The notes beneath the pieces are model-generated. The model saw only the letters and a list, made by a program, of their open reading frames with translations. It did no database searches and was not told the DNA's origin. A stretch of DNA of 40,539 nucleotides from an uncultured Bacillota bacterium (lineage in GTDB: Bacteria; Bacillota_I; Bacilli_A; RF39; UBA660), in the NCBI GenBank assembly GCA_946626905.1, contig CAMOVA010000003.1, forward strand, positions 1-40,539, in the 5' to 3' direction. Position 1 is the stretch's first letter, and every line of letters begins with the position of its first letter. The translations under genes were made by a program, and so were the position numbers. This document shows positions 9,744 to 18,646 of this stretch, in pieces.

Positions 9744-10006
9744 GTTTAAAAGTTCAAATATTATCTTTAATTGTTTCTTTTTTGTATGGTGTTTTCTTTA
9801 CTATTACAGTAAAATTTATTTATCAAAAAATAATTAATAATAAAAAAATAGTTAATATAATACTATCTTTTATGTTTGCGCTTTTTCATGCATTATTTTA
9901 TTTTTGGATATTACTTAAAATAAATAATGGAATAATTCATATATATTGTATTTTATCTTTGTTTATAGGTTTTATGGTTGTTTATAAAATTATCAAAAAA
10001 AGATAG
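9740..10006 (+). CDS. yabQ: Spore cortex protein YabQ-like (short, membrane domain only)
   Basis: ATGA overlap with yabP; MSLKVQ start, three TM segments, N.G.I..Y motif. Confidence 0.7.
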   Translation: MSLKVQILSLIVSFLYGVFFTITVKFIYQKIINNKKIVNIILSFMFALFHALFYFWILLKINNGIIHIYCILSLFIGFMVVYKIIKKR

Positions 10007-10050
10007 TTTTTTTTATTATTTTTATGTTATAATTAATAATAGGTGATACT

Positions 10051-11463
10051 ATGAAAAAGACTAAGATAGTAGCAACCATAGGACCATCTAGTAAAGATAA
10101 GATTATTTTACAAGAAATGATAGAAAATGGTATGGATGTTGCACGTTTTAATATGAAATATGCATCAATAGATTTTTGTAAAGATATTATATATAAAATA
10201 AGAGATATTGACAGAAATCTTAAAACTAATACAGCTTTTATGATGGAGTTGGCTGGTCCAAGTATTTTAACTCATAATTTTATTGATGGACAAGCTTATT
10301 TTAAAAGAGATTCAATTATAAGAGTTTATAAAGATAAAGTATTAGGTGATAATACAAAGTTTTCTATTACTAATGATAAATTAATTGATTGTGTGAAAAC
10401 TAATTCAATTATTAAGATTGATAAAAGTAGTGTAGTATTACAAGTTATGTCTAGAGTAGATGATTGTATACTATGTAAGGTTACAGTTGATGGATTTATT
10501 AAAAACAATAGTGAAGTTAGATTAGTTGATAAAAAATTAGATATACCTTTTGTTACAGAAGCTGATAAGGAAATTCTTAAATTTGTAACAGAAGAAAGAG
10601 TTGATTATATAAGTTTATCACTGGTAAATGGTAGTGAAGATGTTTTAAAAATAAATGATTTACTTATTGAATATAACAATAATAATACTTCAATTATTTC
10701 TAAAATAGAAACTGAAAATTCTGTTAAAGAAATTGATGATATTATAAGAGTAAGTGATGGTATTATTATTGATAAAGAATCATTGATGTTAGAAATGATA
10801 CCAGAAAGAATACCAGGAATAACAAAAAGTATTATTAATAAATGTCATTTTCAATCAAAATTAAATTTAGTTGAAACTGAAATGGAATCTACAACTATTG
10901 ATATAATTCCTAGCAAAGGTCAAATAAATGATATAGCTAATACAATTTGTGAAGGAATAGATGGTGTAGTTGTAACTTTAGAAACAACTATAGGTAAATA
11001 TCCTGTAGGAACAATAAATAGAATAAAAAGGATTATTGAAAATTCAGAATTAGATATAAATTATTTAGATTTTTTAAATAGAACAATGCGTAGTGAAAAA
11101 CAAGATATTACAGGACTTCTTGCCCATAGTGTAGTAGACTGTGCTTCAAAATTAAATGCAGTTGCTATTGTAATACCAACTATTAGTGGTTATACTGCTA
11201 AAAAAATAAGTAGATATAAACCAAGTTGTCCTATAATAGCATTAACACCAAATGCGCATGTAGCAAAAGCTCTTTCGATGTTTTATGGAATATATCCAGT
11301 AGTTATTAGTGAACCAAAATCATTAGATACTATTTTAAAATATTCAAAAGATTTAGTTAGTAAAAAAATAAAATTTAATAAAGGTGATGTCTTTGTTATA
11401 ACTGGAGGATATCCTTTTAAAGAAGTTAAACATACTAATTTTATGTCAGTAGAAGAATTATAA
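10051..11463 (+). CDS. pyk: Pyruvate kinase homologue with degenerate active-site motifs
   Basis: KTKIVATIGPSS, SKIE, GKYP and an intact C-terminal domain (PTISGYTA..ISRYKP); ARGDLG is replaced by DKESLM and DTKGPEIR by ELAGPSIL. Confidence 0.85.
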   Translation: MKKTKIVATIGPSSKDKIILQEMIENGMDVARFNMKYASIDFCKDIIYKIRDIDRNLKTNTAFMMELAGPSILTHNFIDGQAYFKRDSIIRVYKDKVLGDNTKFSITNDKLIDCVKTNSIIKIDKSSVVLQVMSRVDDCILCKVTVDGFIKNNSEVRLVDKKLDIPFVTEADKEILKFVTEERVDYISLSLVNGSEDVLKINDLLIEYNNNNTSIISKIETENSVKEIDDIIRVSDGIIIDKESLMLEMIPERIPGITKSIINKCHFQSKLNLVETEMESTTIDIIPSKGQINDIANTICEGIDGVVVTLETTIGKYPVGTINRIKRIIENSELDINYLDFLNRTMRSEKQDITGLLAHSVVDCASKLNAVAIVIPTISGYTAKKISRYKPSCPIIALTPNAHVAKALSMFYGIYPVVISEPKSLDTILKYSKDLVSKKIKFNKGDVFVITGGYPFKEVKHTNFMSVEEL

Positions 11464-11482
11464 AAGAAAATGGGGTGATAGT

Positions 11483-13882
11483 GTGACTGTAGATAAATAT
11501 GCTAGGGGTGTGGCGACACCTGAGAATATTATACAAGGTAATAAATATCGTTTTACTTTGTTAACTCCTAGACTTATAAGACTTGAATATAGTGAAACAG
11601 GTCATTTTGTTGATGAACCTACTAGTTTTGCTAGATGTCGTGATTATCCAGCTTTTAAATATGAAAAACAAGAAAATGAAAGGTTATTATTAATTAGAAC
11701 TAAGTATTTTCAAGTTACTTATTTAAAAGATAAACCTTTTTATGGTGGAAAGGTTAATCCAACTGGTAATTTAAAAATAGAACTTTTAAATTCTAATAAT
11801 ATATGGTATTACGGTCATCCTGAAGTTAAAAACTATGGAGCTCCAGGAAATTCTATTGATAATTCTAATAATAAATTAAATACAAAAAGAGGATTATATT
11901 CATTAGATGGATTTTCTTCTTATGATGATTCTAATGCTCTTATTATTGATAAAAATAATCAATTAAAAAAGAAAAGTGAAAAACATACTGATGTTTATGT
12001 ATTTTTATATCTAAATGATTTCTTGGAATGTTTAAAAGATTATTATTATTTAACTGGTTATCCACCTTTGATTCCTAGATATGCTTTAGGTAATTGGTGG
12101 AGTAGAAATTTAAATTATAATGACAATTCATTAAAAAATATAGTTGATAATTTTTATGAAAAAGATATTCCTATATCACTATTTTTATTAGATAAAGAAT
12201 GGCATATAAATGAATATCAAAACAAGAAATTATCTTCAGGTTTTACTTGGAATAATAAGTATTTCGAAAAGCCTAATTTAATGATTAATTATTTACATTC
12301 TAAAGGAATACAAGTTGGTCTTAATATAGATCCGAGTGAAGGTATAGTTCCTTATGAAAAGAATTATCCAACTATTAGTAAAGGATTAAAAAACAATACT
12401 AATGATATAATTCCGTTTAATGTATTTGATATTAATTATATTAATGCATATTTTGCTTATTTGATAAATCCATTGAATCAAGATGGAGTAGATTTTTATT
12501 GGTTAGATACTAATGATAAAGAATATTCAACTTTACTTTGGGCATTAAATGAATATCATTATCAATTTGGTGCGGTTGATTATCATAAAAGACCATTCTT
12601 ATTAACTAGAAATTCAAATATAGCAGAACATAGATATCCTGTAACTTATTCAGGTAAAACTGTTGTAGGATGGGATACATTAAAGATGGTTATTAAGTAT
12701 AATATGTTAGCTACTGATAACGGAAACTCTTTCTGGGCACATGATATAGGTGGTTACTATAAAGGTGTAGAAGATAGCGAATTATATACAAGATTTGTTC
12801 AATTAGGTACTTTTAGTCCTATACTAAAATTTGGTAGTGAAGCAGGTAAATTTTATAAAAGAGAACCATGGAGATGGGATTTTAAAACTTATAAAATAAC
12901 AAAGGATTATTTGAATCTAAGACATAAATTAATACCTTATTTATACTCTGAAGCATATAAATATCATAGTAGTGCAATCCCATTAATAATCCCACTTTAT
13001 TATGCTCAACCAGAAGTATATGATGATCCTATTTACAATAGTGAATATTTCTTAGGTAGTGAATTTTTCATTTCACCAATTTTAAATAAAGAAGAACCTG
13101 TTATGAATAGGGCAATACATAGATTTTATCTTCCAAGAGGTATTTGGTTTGATTTTGTAACTGGTAAAAAATTCATTGGTGGAAAACAATATTTATCTTT
13201 CTTTAAAGATGAAGATTACCCAGTTTATGTAAAAGCAGGAGCTATTATCCCACTTGCTCATCCAGATAATTTGAATGATACTAGTTCACCAAAAACAATG
13301 GAAATTCAAATATTCCCTGGTCAAAGTAATAGCTATAAATTATATGAAGATGATGGTATTAGTGAACTTTATAAAAAAGGTTACTATTTAATGAGTTCTA
13401 TTGAATATACATATGTAAAAAACAATTATACGGTTATTGTTAGACCTGTTAAGGGTAAGAGTGGTATTATTCCAGCTCAAAGAAAATACATATTTAACTT
13501 TAGAAATACTAAATATGCGAATGAAGTTGAAGTATTTATAAATACTTTAAAAGTTCCATTTAAAAAATATTCTAAAGGAACAAGTTTCTTTATTGAAGTG
13601 GAAAATGTTCCAACAACTTCACAATTAACTATTATATGTAAGGGTTCTAATATTGAGATTTCTGCAGAACGTATTTTTATGGATGATATAGAATCAATTA
13701 TATCAGATTTACAAATAGAAACTGTTTTAAAAGAAAGAATAGATGAAATCTTAAATTCTAATTTAGAAATAAAGAAAAAACGTATTGAAATTAGAAAACT
13801 TGAAAGAAAAGGCTTAGAAAAGAAATTTATTAAACTTTTCTTAAAACTAATTGAATATCTAGAAATGTTTGAATTAAAATGA
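11483..13882 (+). CDS. Glycoside hydrolase family 31 homologue (acid/base Asp apparently replaced)
   Basis: YRFTLLTPRLIRLEYS, PPLIPRYALGNWWSR, DFYWLD, WAHDIGG, ELYTRFVQLGTFSPI, LYEDDG; GTG start after GGGGTGA. Confidence 0.88.
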   Translation: MTVDKYARGVATPENIIQGNKYRFTLLTPRLIRLEYSETGHFVDEPTSFARCRDYPAFKYEKQENERLLLIRTKYFQVTYLKDKPFYGGKVNPTGNLKIELLNSNNIWYYGHPEVKNYGAPGNSIDNSNNKLNTKRGLYSLDGFSSYDDSNALIIDKNNQLKKKSEKHTDVYVFLYLNDFLECLKDYYYLTGYPPLIPRYALGNWWSRNLNYNDNSLKNIVDNFYEKDIPISLFLLDKEWHINEYQNKKLSSGFTWNNKYFEKPNLMINYLHSKGIQVGLNIDPSEGIVPYEKNYPTISKGLKNNTNDIIPFNVFDINYINAYFAYLINPLNQDGVDFYWLDTNDKEYSTLLWALNEYHYQFGAVDYHKRPFLLTRNSNIAEHRYPVTYSGKTVVGWDTLKMVIKYNMLATDNGNSFWAHDIGGYYKGVEDSELYTRFVQLGTFSPILKFGSEAGKFYKREPWRWDFKTYKITKDYLNLRHKLIPYLYSEAYKYHSSAIPLIIPLYYAQPEVYDDPIYNSEYFLGSEFFISPILNKEEPVMNRAIHRFYLPRGIWFDFVTGKKFIGGKQYLSFFKDEDYPVYVKAGAIIPLAHPDNLNDTSSPKTMEIQIFPGQSNSYKLYEDDGISELYKKGYYLMSSIEYTYVKNNYTVIVRPVKGKSGIIPAQRKYIFNFRNTKYANEVEVFINTLKVPFKKYSKGTSFFIEVENVPTTSQLTIICKGSNIEISAERIFMDDIESIISDLQIETVLKERIDEILNSNLEIKKKRIEIRKLERKGLEKKFIKLFLKLIEYLEMFELK

Positions 13883-13903
13883 TATAATTAGTTAGGTGTT
13901 AGT

Positions 13904-14251
13904 ATGAATAATTTAATATTTAGTATAGGAGTGTTTATAACAATATATTTATTATATGTAATATTTGTTATAAATAAGAGAGATAAATTACAAAAATTAA
14001 AAAAAGGTGTTATAGTGTCTTATATAGTTAAAAAGTATAATTTAGATTTAAAAAAGATTAATTTAAAAGTATTAGGACATATGATATCTTTATCAATTGC
14101 TTTTATAATATCAATAACATTTTATATTGTAAGTTTTGTTGATAATTATGTTTTAAAAGTATTATTAAGTTTTGTTATATTAATGCCATTTCAATTACTT
14201 ATTTATAACATAATAGGCATACTATATAAAAAAGAACAAAAAAAACAGTAG
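13904..14251 (+). CDS. Hypothetical membrane protein (3 TM)
   Basis: Own TGaTATAAT promoter and SD AGGTG; three hydrophobic segments. Confidence 0.7.
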   Translation: MNNLIFSIGVFITIYLLYVIFVINKRDKLQKLKKGVIVSYIVKKYNLDLKKINLKVLGHMISLSIAFIISITFYIVSFVDNYVLKVLLSFVILMPFQLLIYNIIGILYKKEQKKQ

Positions 14252-14267
14252 GTAATACTGTTTTTTT
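14241..14267 (+). terminator. Intrinsic terminator
   Basis: AAAAACAGTA-ggtaa-TACTGTTTTTTT. Confidence 0.7.
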
Positions 14268-14322
14268 AGTATTATGATATAATTGATTAAAGAGAAAAAC
14301 TTATGAATGGTTGGGATATTTT

Positions 14323-14703
14323 ATGAAAAATAATGGAGAAGTTTTAAAGAAAATGAAAAATATTTATTATTCTAAAGATAAAGAATATTTGGATTGGATG
14401 GGTTTTAGGATAACGGATATAAACTATCCAAGTTATCATCATATTGTTAAAGCTGAAGAATTAAAAAAAGAAAACTTAGGAATAGAAGCAAGCATTTCTA
14501 ATGGAGCATATTTAGGTAAAAAATCCCATGAATTACTACATAGAATAGAACAATATGATAAAGATACATATATATTATGGAACAAATTATTTTTAATTAT
14601 TAATCACTTTAATGAGTATCCAAATGACTCTTTATGGGCGATGGTATTTGAATTACAAGAGAAATCACTTATGATAGATAAAGCTAATAAAAAAACTATG
14701 TAA
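14323..14703 (+). CDS. Hypothetical protein with HNH-like motif
   Basis: SYHHIV...SNGAYL...HELLH pattern; flanked by terminators; start uncertain (14311 or 14323). Confidence 0.55.
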   Translation: MKNNGEVLKKMKNIYYSKDKEYLDWMGFRITDINYPSYHHIVKAEELKKENLGIEASISNGAYLGKKSHELLHRIEQYDKDTYILWNKLFLIINHFNEYPNDSLWAMVFELQEKSLMIDKANKKTM

Positions 14704-14729
14704 AGAAGGTAAAAAAACTTCTTTTTTTT
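14702..14729 (+). terminator. Intrinsic terminator
   Basis: AAAGAAG-gtaaaaaaa-CTTCTTTTTTTT. Confidence 0.55.
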
Positions 14730-14752
14730 ATTGTAAAATTGTCAAAAAACTA

Positions 14753-14817
14753 TTTACAAATACCTCCAAAAAATGATACAATAATGGTGCACAGTGGTAA
14801 TGAGTGGCAAAAAGTGG
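14753..14817 (+). promoter_or_regulatory. dcw promoter with MraZ-binding repeats
   Basis: TTTACA, 18 bp, TGaTACAAT; AGTGG repeated at 14793, 14803 and 14813 (10-bp period), plus AATGG at 14783. Confidence 0.8.
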
Positions 14818-14826
14818 GGTGGTTCT

Positions 14827-15261
14827 ATGTTTATGGGTGAATATCATCATACGATTGATAACAAAGGAAGACTTACAATACCAGCTAAAATAAGATATGA
14901 GCTTGGAAGTAATTTCGTTGTTACAAGAGGATTAGATAACTGTTTATTTGTTTATCCTAATGATGAATGGATGAAAGTTATAAATAAATATAAAGAATTA
15001 CCTAATACAAAAGATGCGAGAAAGTTTATGAGATTCTTCTTATCAGGAGCTACAACAAGTGATTTTGACAAGCAAGGAAGAGTTAATATATCAATACCAC
15101 TTATAAGTTATGCCTCATTAGAAAAAGATTGTGTAATAATTGGTGTTAATGACCATTTAGAAATTTGGAGTAAAGAGAATTGGACTAAGTTTATTGAAGA
15201 TAATGAAGAAGATTTATCTGATATAGCTGATAAATTATTCTCTGGTGATCTTAATGCATAA
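14827..15261 (+). CDS. mraZ: Division/cell wall cluster transcriptional repressor MraZ
   Basis: MFMGEYHHTIDNKGRL, TRGLDNCL, DKQGRV, EIWSK; true start ATG 14827. Confidence 0.96.
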   Translation: MFMGEYHHTIDNKGRLTIPAKIRYELGSNFVVTRGLDNCLFVYPNDEWMKVINKYKELPNTKDARKFMRFFLSGATTSDFDKQGRVNISIPLISYASLEKDCVIIGVNDHLEIWSKENWTKFIEDNEEDLSDIADKLFSGDLNA

Positions 15262-16174
15262 GAGTGTTTTATTAGAAGAGACAATACAAAAACTTAATTT
15301 AAATGATAAAAGTATTGTAGTAGATTGTACATTAGGATTTGCAGGGCACAGTAGTGAAGCTTTGAAAATAGTTAAAAATGGTTATTTATACGCTTTTGAA
15401 CAAGATGATGAAGCAATTAAACATTCTTCGTTAAAACTATCAAAAATAAGTAATAATTATGAAATTATTAATACTAATTTTGTTAATTTAAAAGAAGAAT
15501 TAGAAAAAAGAAATGTTACTAAAGTAGATGCAATTATGTATGACTTAGGTGTTTCGTCACCTCAGCTAGATGAAGATTATAGAGGCTTTTCTTTCCATAA
15601 AGATGCAAGACTTGATATGAGAATGAATACAAATCAAGATTTAGATGCTTACAAAGTTGTAAATGAATATCCTTTAGAAAAATTAATTGATATATTTTAC
15701 AAATATGGTGAAGAAAAATATGCTAAAAGTATTGCTAAAGGAATTGTTGAATATAGAGTAAACAAACCAATAGAAACTACTTTAGAACTTGTAGAAGTTA
15801 TAAAAGAAAATGTTCCTTTAAAATATAGAAGAGAAAAACATCCAGCAAGACGTGTGTTTCAAGCAATAAGAATTGAAGTTAATGATGAATTAAATGTGTT
15901 TAAAAAATCTTTAACTGATGCTTTAACTCTTTTAAATAAAGGTGGAAGAATTTGTGTTATAACATTCCATTCATTAGAAGATAAAATATGTAAAGAAATA
16001 TTTGATGATGTTTCTAAAATAGATAAAAATATTTTGAAGTTACCAGTAATTCCTCTAGAATATCAAAAAGATTATAAAGTAGTAGGAACTTACAAACCTT
16101 CAAAATTTGAATTAGAAGAAAATAATAGAGCAAGAAGTGCTAAATTAAGGGTAATAGAAAGGATTAAGGTGTGA
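15254..16174 (+). CDS. rsmH: 16S rRNA m4C1402 methyltransferase
   Basis: HKSVLL, DCTLGFAGHS, DLGVSSPQLD, FQAIRIEVN, ITFHSLED, NRARSAKLR. Confidence 0.96.
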   Translation: MHKSVLLEETIQKLNLNDKSIVVDCTLGFAGHSSEALKIVKNGYLYAFEQDDEAIKHSSLKLSKISNNYEIINTNFVNLKEELEKRNVTKVDAIMYDLGVSSPQLDEDYRGFSFHKDARLDMRMNTNQDLDAYKVVNEYPLEKLIDIFYKYGEEKYAKSIAKGIVEYRVNKPIETTLELVEVIKENVPLKYRREKHPARRVFQAIRIEVNDELNVFKKSLTDALTLLNKGGRICVITFHSLEDKICKEIFDDVSKIDKNILKLPVIPLEYQKDYKVVGTYKPSKFELEENNRARSAKLRVIERIKV

Positions 16175-16178
16175 TAAT

Positions 16179-16469
16179 ATGGCAAAGAGTAGAAAATCTA
16201 AAATAACTAAAGGGGAAAAAATGTTATATTTAACAGCTACTTTCTGTTTAGCATGTATTGTTGTAATTAAAGTATTTTGTGGAGCAAGTATTACTCATTT
16301 AAATATGAGTATTGAAAAAATGAATTATCAAATCAATGCCCAAAATAAAAAGAATGAAAGTTTAACTATGAAAGTAAATGAACTTACATCATTTGATAAA
16401 GTAAGATCAGTTGCTTCAAATATGGGACTTGAATATAATAATGAAAATATCATCGTTGTAAATAGATAG
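16179..16469 (+). CDS. ftsL: Cell division protein FtsL
   Basis: Basic N-terminus, one TM segment, coiled coil; lies between rsmH and pbp. Confidence 0.85.
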   Translation: MAKSRKSKITKGEKMLYLTATFCLACIVVIKVFCGASITHLNMSIEKMNYQINAQNKKNESLTMKVNELTSFDKVRSVASNMGLEYNNENIIVVNR

Positions 16470-16480
16470 GACGTGTAAAA

Positions 16481-18646
16481 ATGAAAAAAGGAAAGATGAA
16501 AATTAAAAAATGGAAAATTCCAAAATTAGTTTTTAGAATCTTTGCTTTTTTTCTTGTGGGTTTATACGTTCAATTAGTATATTTATCTATTTCAAGTAAA
16601 ATATATGGTAAAAACATGACTGAGTTTGCAAAAAGTAGAAATACTGTTAAACAAACTTTAAAAGCTAATAGAGGAACTATTTATGATAAGAATAATGAAG
16701 CGTTAGCACTTAATGTTAGTTCTTATACATTAATAGCTTATTTAGATGAAAATCGTAGTAAAAACTCAAGTGTTTTATTACATGTTAAAGATTTAGAAGA
16801 TACAGCTACTAAGCTTTCAACTGTACTTGGTAAAGATAAAAATTATTTCTTAAATATTTTAAAAAATGGTAAAGAAAATGGTAGAAAACAAGTTGAATTT
16901 GGTAGTACTGGTAAAGGTATAACAGAACTTACTAAAGAAAAAATAGAAGCTTTAGAATTGCCAGGTATAGATTTTATAGAGACTAAAAAAAGATATTATC
17001 CTAATGGTGATTTTGCTTCATATGTTATAGGATATGCAAAAGAAAAAGAAGTAAATTATAAAGATGATAATGGTGACAGAGTTAGTAAAGTAGAAATAAC
17101 TGGTGAACTTGGGATTGAAGCTGAATACAATGATTTATTAAAGGGTACTGATGGTTATAATGAGTATCAACAAGATAGATATGGTTATAAAATAACTAAT
17201 ACAAAAGAGATAAATAAAAAGGCTTTAAATGGATATGATATTTATTTAACTATTGATTCTAACATTCAAAGATTTGTGGAAAATGCTGTTAGTGCTTCTG
17301 TTAAAAAATATAAACCAGAAATGATGATGGTTACAGTTATGGATGCTAAAACAGGTGATATTTTAGCTACTACAGCTAATCCTTCATTTGATCCTAATGT
17401 AAGGGATATAAAAAATTATGAAAATCCACTAGTAACTTATACATATGAACCAGGATCTACAATGAAAACATATACTTATATGTGCGCTATAGAAAATGGT
17501 AAGTATAAAGGTGATGATAAGTTTAATTCTGGTAAATTTAAAATAGAAGATGATACTGTTAATGACTGGAATAAAACAGGATGGGGAAGAATCACTTATG
17601 ATAAAGGATTTGAATATTCATCAAATGTTGGTGTTGCTCATTTATTAATGGATGGTTATTTAAATAAAAAGCAATTAAGAGACTGTTATGAAAAATTTGG
17701 TTTTGGCAAAAAAACTGGAATCGAATTAACTAGAGAATTAACTGGATCAATAAAATTTAATTATCCAATTGAAGTTGCTACTGCAGGATTTGGTCAAGGA
17801 ATTTCAACTACAGCTATTCAACAATTACAAGCTTTAACAATTATATCTAATAATGGTAAAATGCTAAAACCTCATATTGTTAAAAAAATAGTTGATCCAA
17901 ATACTAAAAAAGTTTATTATCAAACATCTAAAGAAGAATCTGAACAATTAGTAAAGAAAGAAACTGTTTCAAAAATAAAAGATTTGATGTATAATGTAGT
18001 TAATGGTACAGATAGTGGTACAACTGGTGGTTCTTATAAGTTAGATGAATTTGAAATAATTGGAAAAACAGGTACAGCTCAAATTAGTGAACGTGGTAAA
18101 TATGTAAAAGAACAATATATCTTATCTTTTGCTGGTATGTATCCAAAAGATAATCCAGAATATATAATATATGCAATGGTTAAAAAACCAAATGTTAATG
18201 CTTCTGTTACTTTATCAGGTGCTGTTAAAGATATAATTATTTCTATATCTAAATATAAAAGTGTAGACACACCTAAAAAACCACAAATGAAAGAAGAATT
18301 TGTTATTAAGTCTTATACTAATAAAAAAACATCTGATGTAGTTAAGATGTTAGAAGAAAAAAATATAAGTGTTGTAAAACTTGGAAATGGTGATAAGATT
18401 ATTAAACAATATCCTAAAGCAAATACAAAAGTTTCTGCTTTAGATCATGTTATTTTATTAACAAATGATAAAAATATTTCTGTTCCATCATTAGTGGGTT
18501 ATAGTAAAGCTGATGCTAAGATTGTGTTAGATTTACTACATAAGGAATATATTTTTGATGGATATGGATATGCTTATGAACAAACAAATGAGAATGGAAA
18601 AATTAAGATAAAATTTAAATCTGATTATATTGAAGGAAGTGATTAG
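16481..18646 (+). CDS. pbpB: Class B penicillin-binding protein (PBP2B/FtsI-like) with C-terminal PASTA domains
   Basis: RGTIYD, KRYYP, EPGSTMK (SxxK), YSSNVG (SxN), GKTGTAQ (KTG). Confidence 0.88.
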   Translation: MKKGKMKIKKWKIPKLVFRIFAFFLVGLYVQLVYLSISSKIYGKNMTEFAKSRNTVKQTLKANRGTIYDKNNEALALNVSSYTLIAYLDENRSKNSSVLLHVKDLEDTATKLSTVLGKDKNYFLNILKNGKENGRKQVEFGSTGKGITELTKEKIEALELPGIDFIETKKRYYPNGDFASYVIGYAKEKEVNYKDDNGDRVSKVEITGELGIEAEYNDLLKGTDGYNEYQQDRYGYKITNTKEINKKALNGYDIYLTIDSNIQRFVENAVSASVKKYKPEMMMVTVMDAKTGDILATTANPSFDPNVRDIKNYENPLVTYTYEPGSTMKTYTYMCAIENGKYKGDDKFNSGKFKIEDDTVNDWNKTGWGRITYDKGFEYSSNVGVAHLLMDGYLNKKQLRDCYEKFGFGKKTGIELTRELTGSIKFNYPIEVATAGFGQGISTTAIQQLQALTIISNNGKMLKPHIVKKIVDPNTKKVYYQTSKEESEQLVKKETVSKIKDLMYNVVNGTDSGTTGGSYKLDEFEIIGKTGTAQISERGKYVKEQYILSFAGMYPKDNPEYIIYAMVKKPNVNASVTLSGAVKDIIISISKYKSVDTPKKPQMKEEFVIKSYTNKKTSDVVKMLEEKNISVVKLGNGDKIIKQYPKANTKVSALDHVILLTNDKNISVPSLVGYSKADAKIVLDLLHKEYIFDGYGYAYEQTNENGKIKIKFKSDYIEGSD

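Noticed and set aside
14783-14817. AGTGG 10-bp-period repeats as a novel repeat or iteron
   Set aside because: They match the known MraZ operator arrangement upstream of mraZ.
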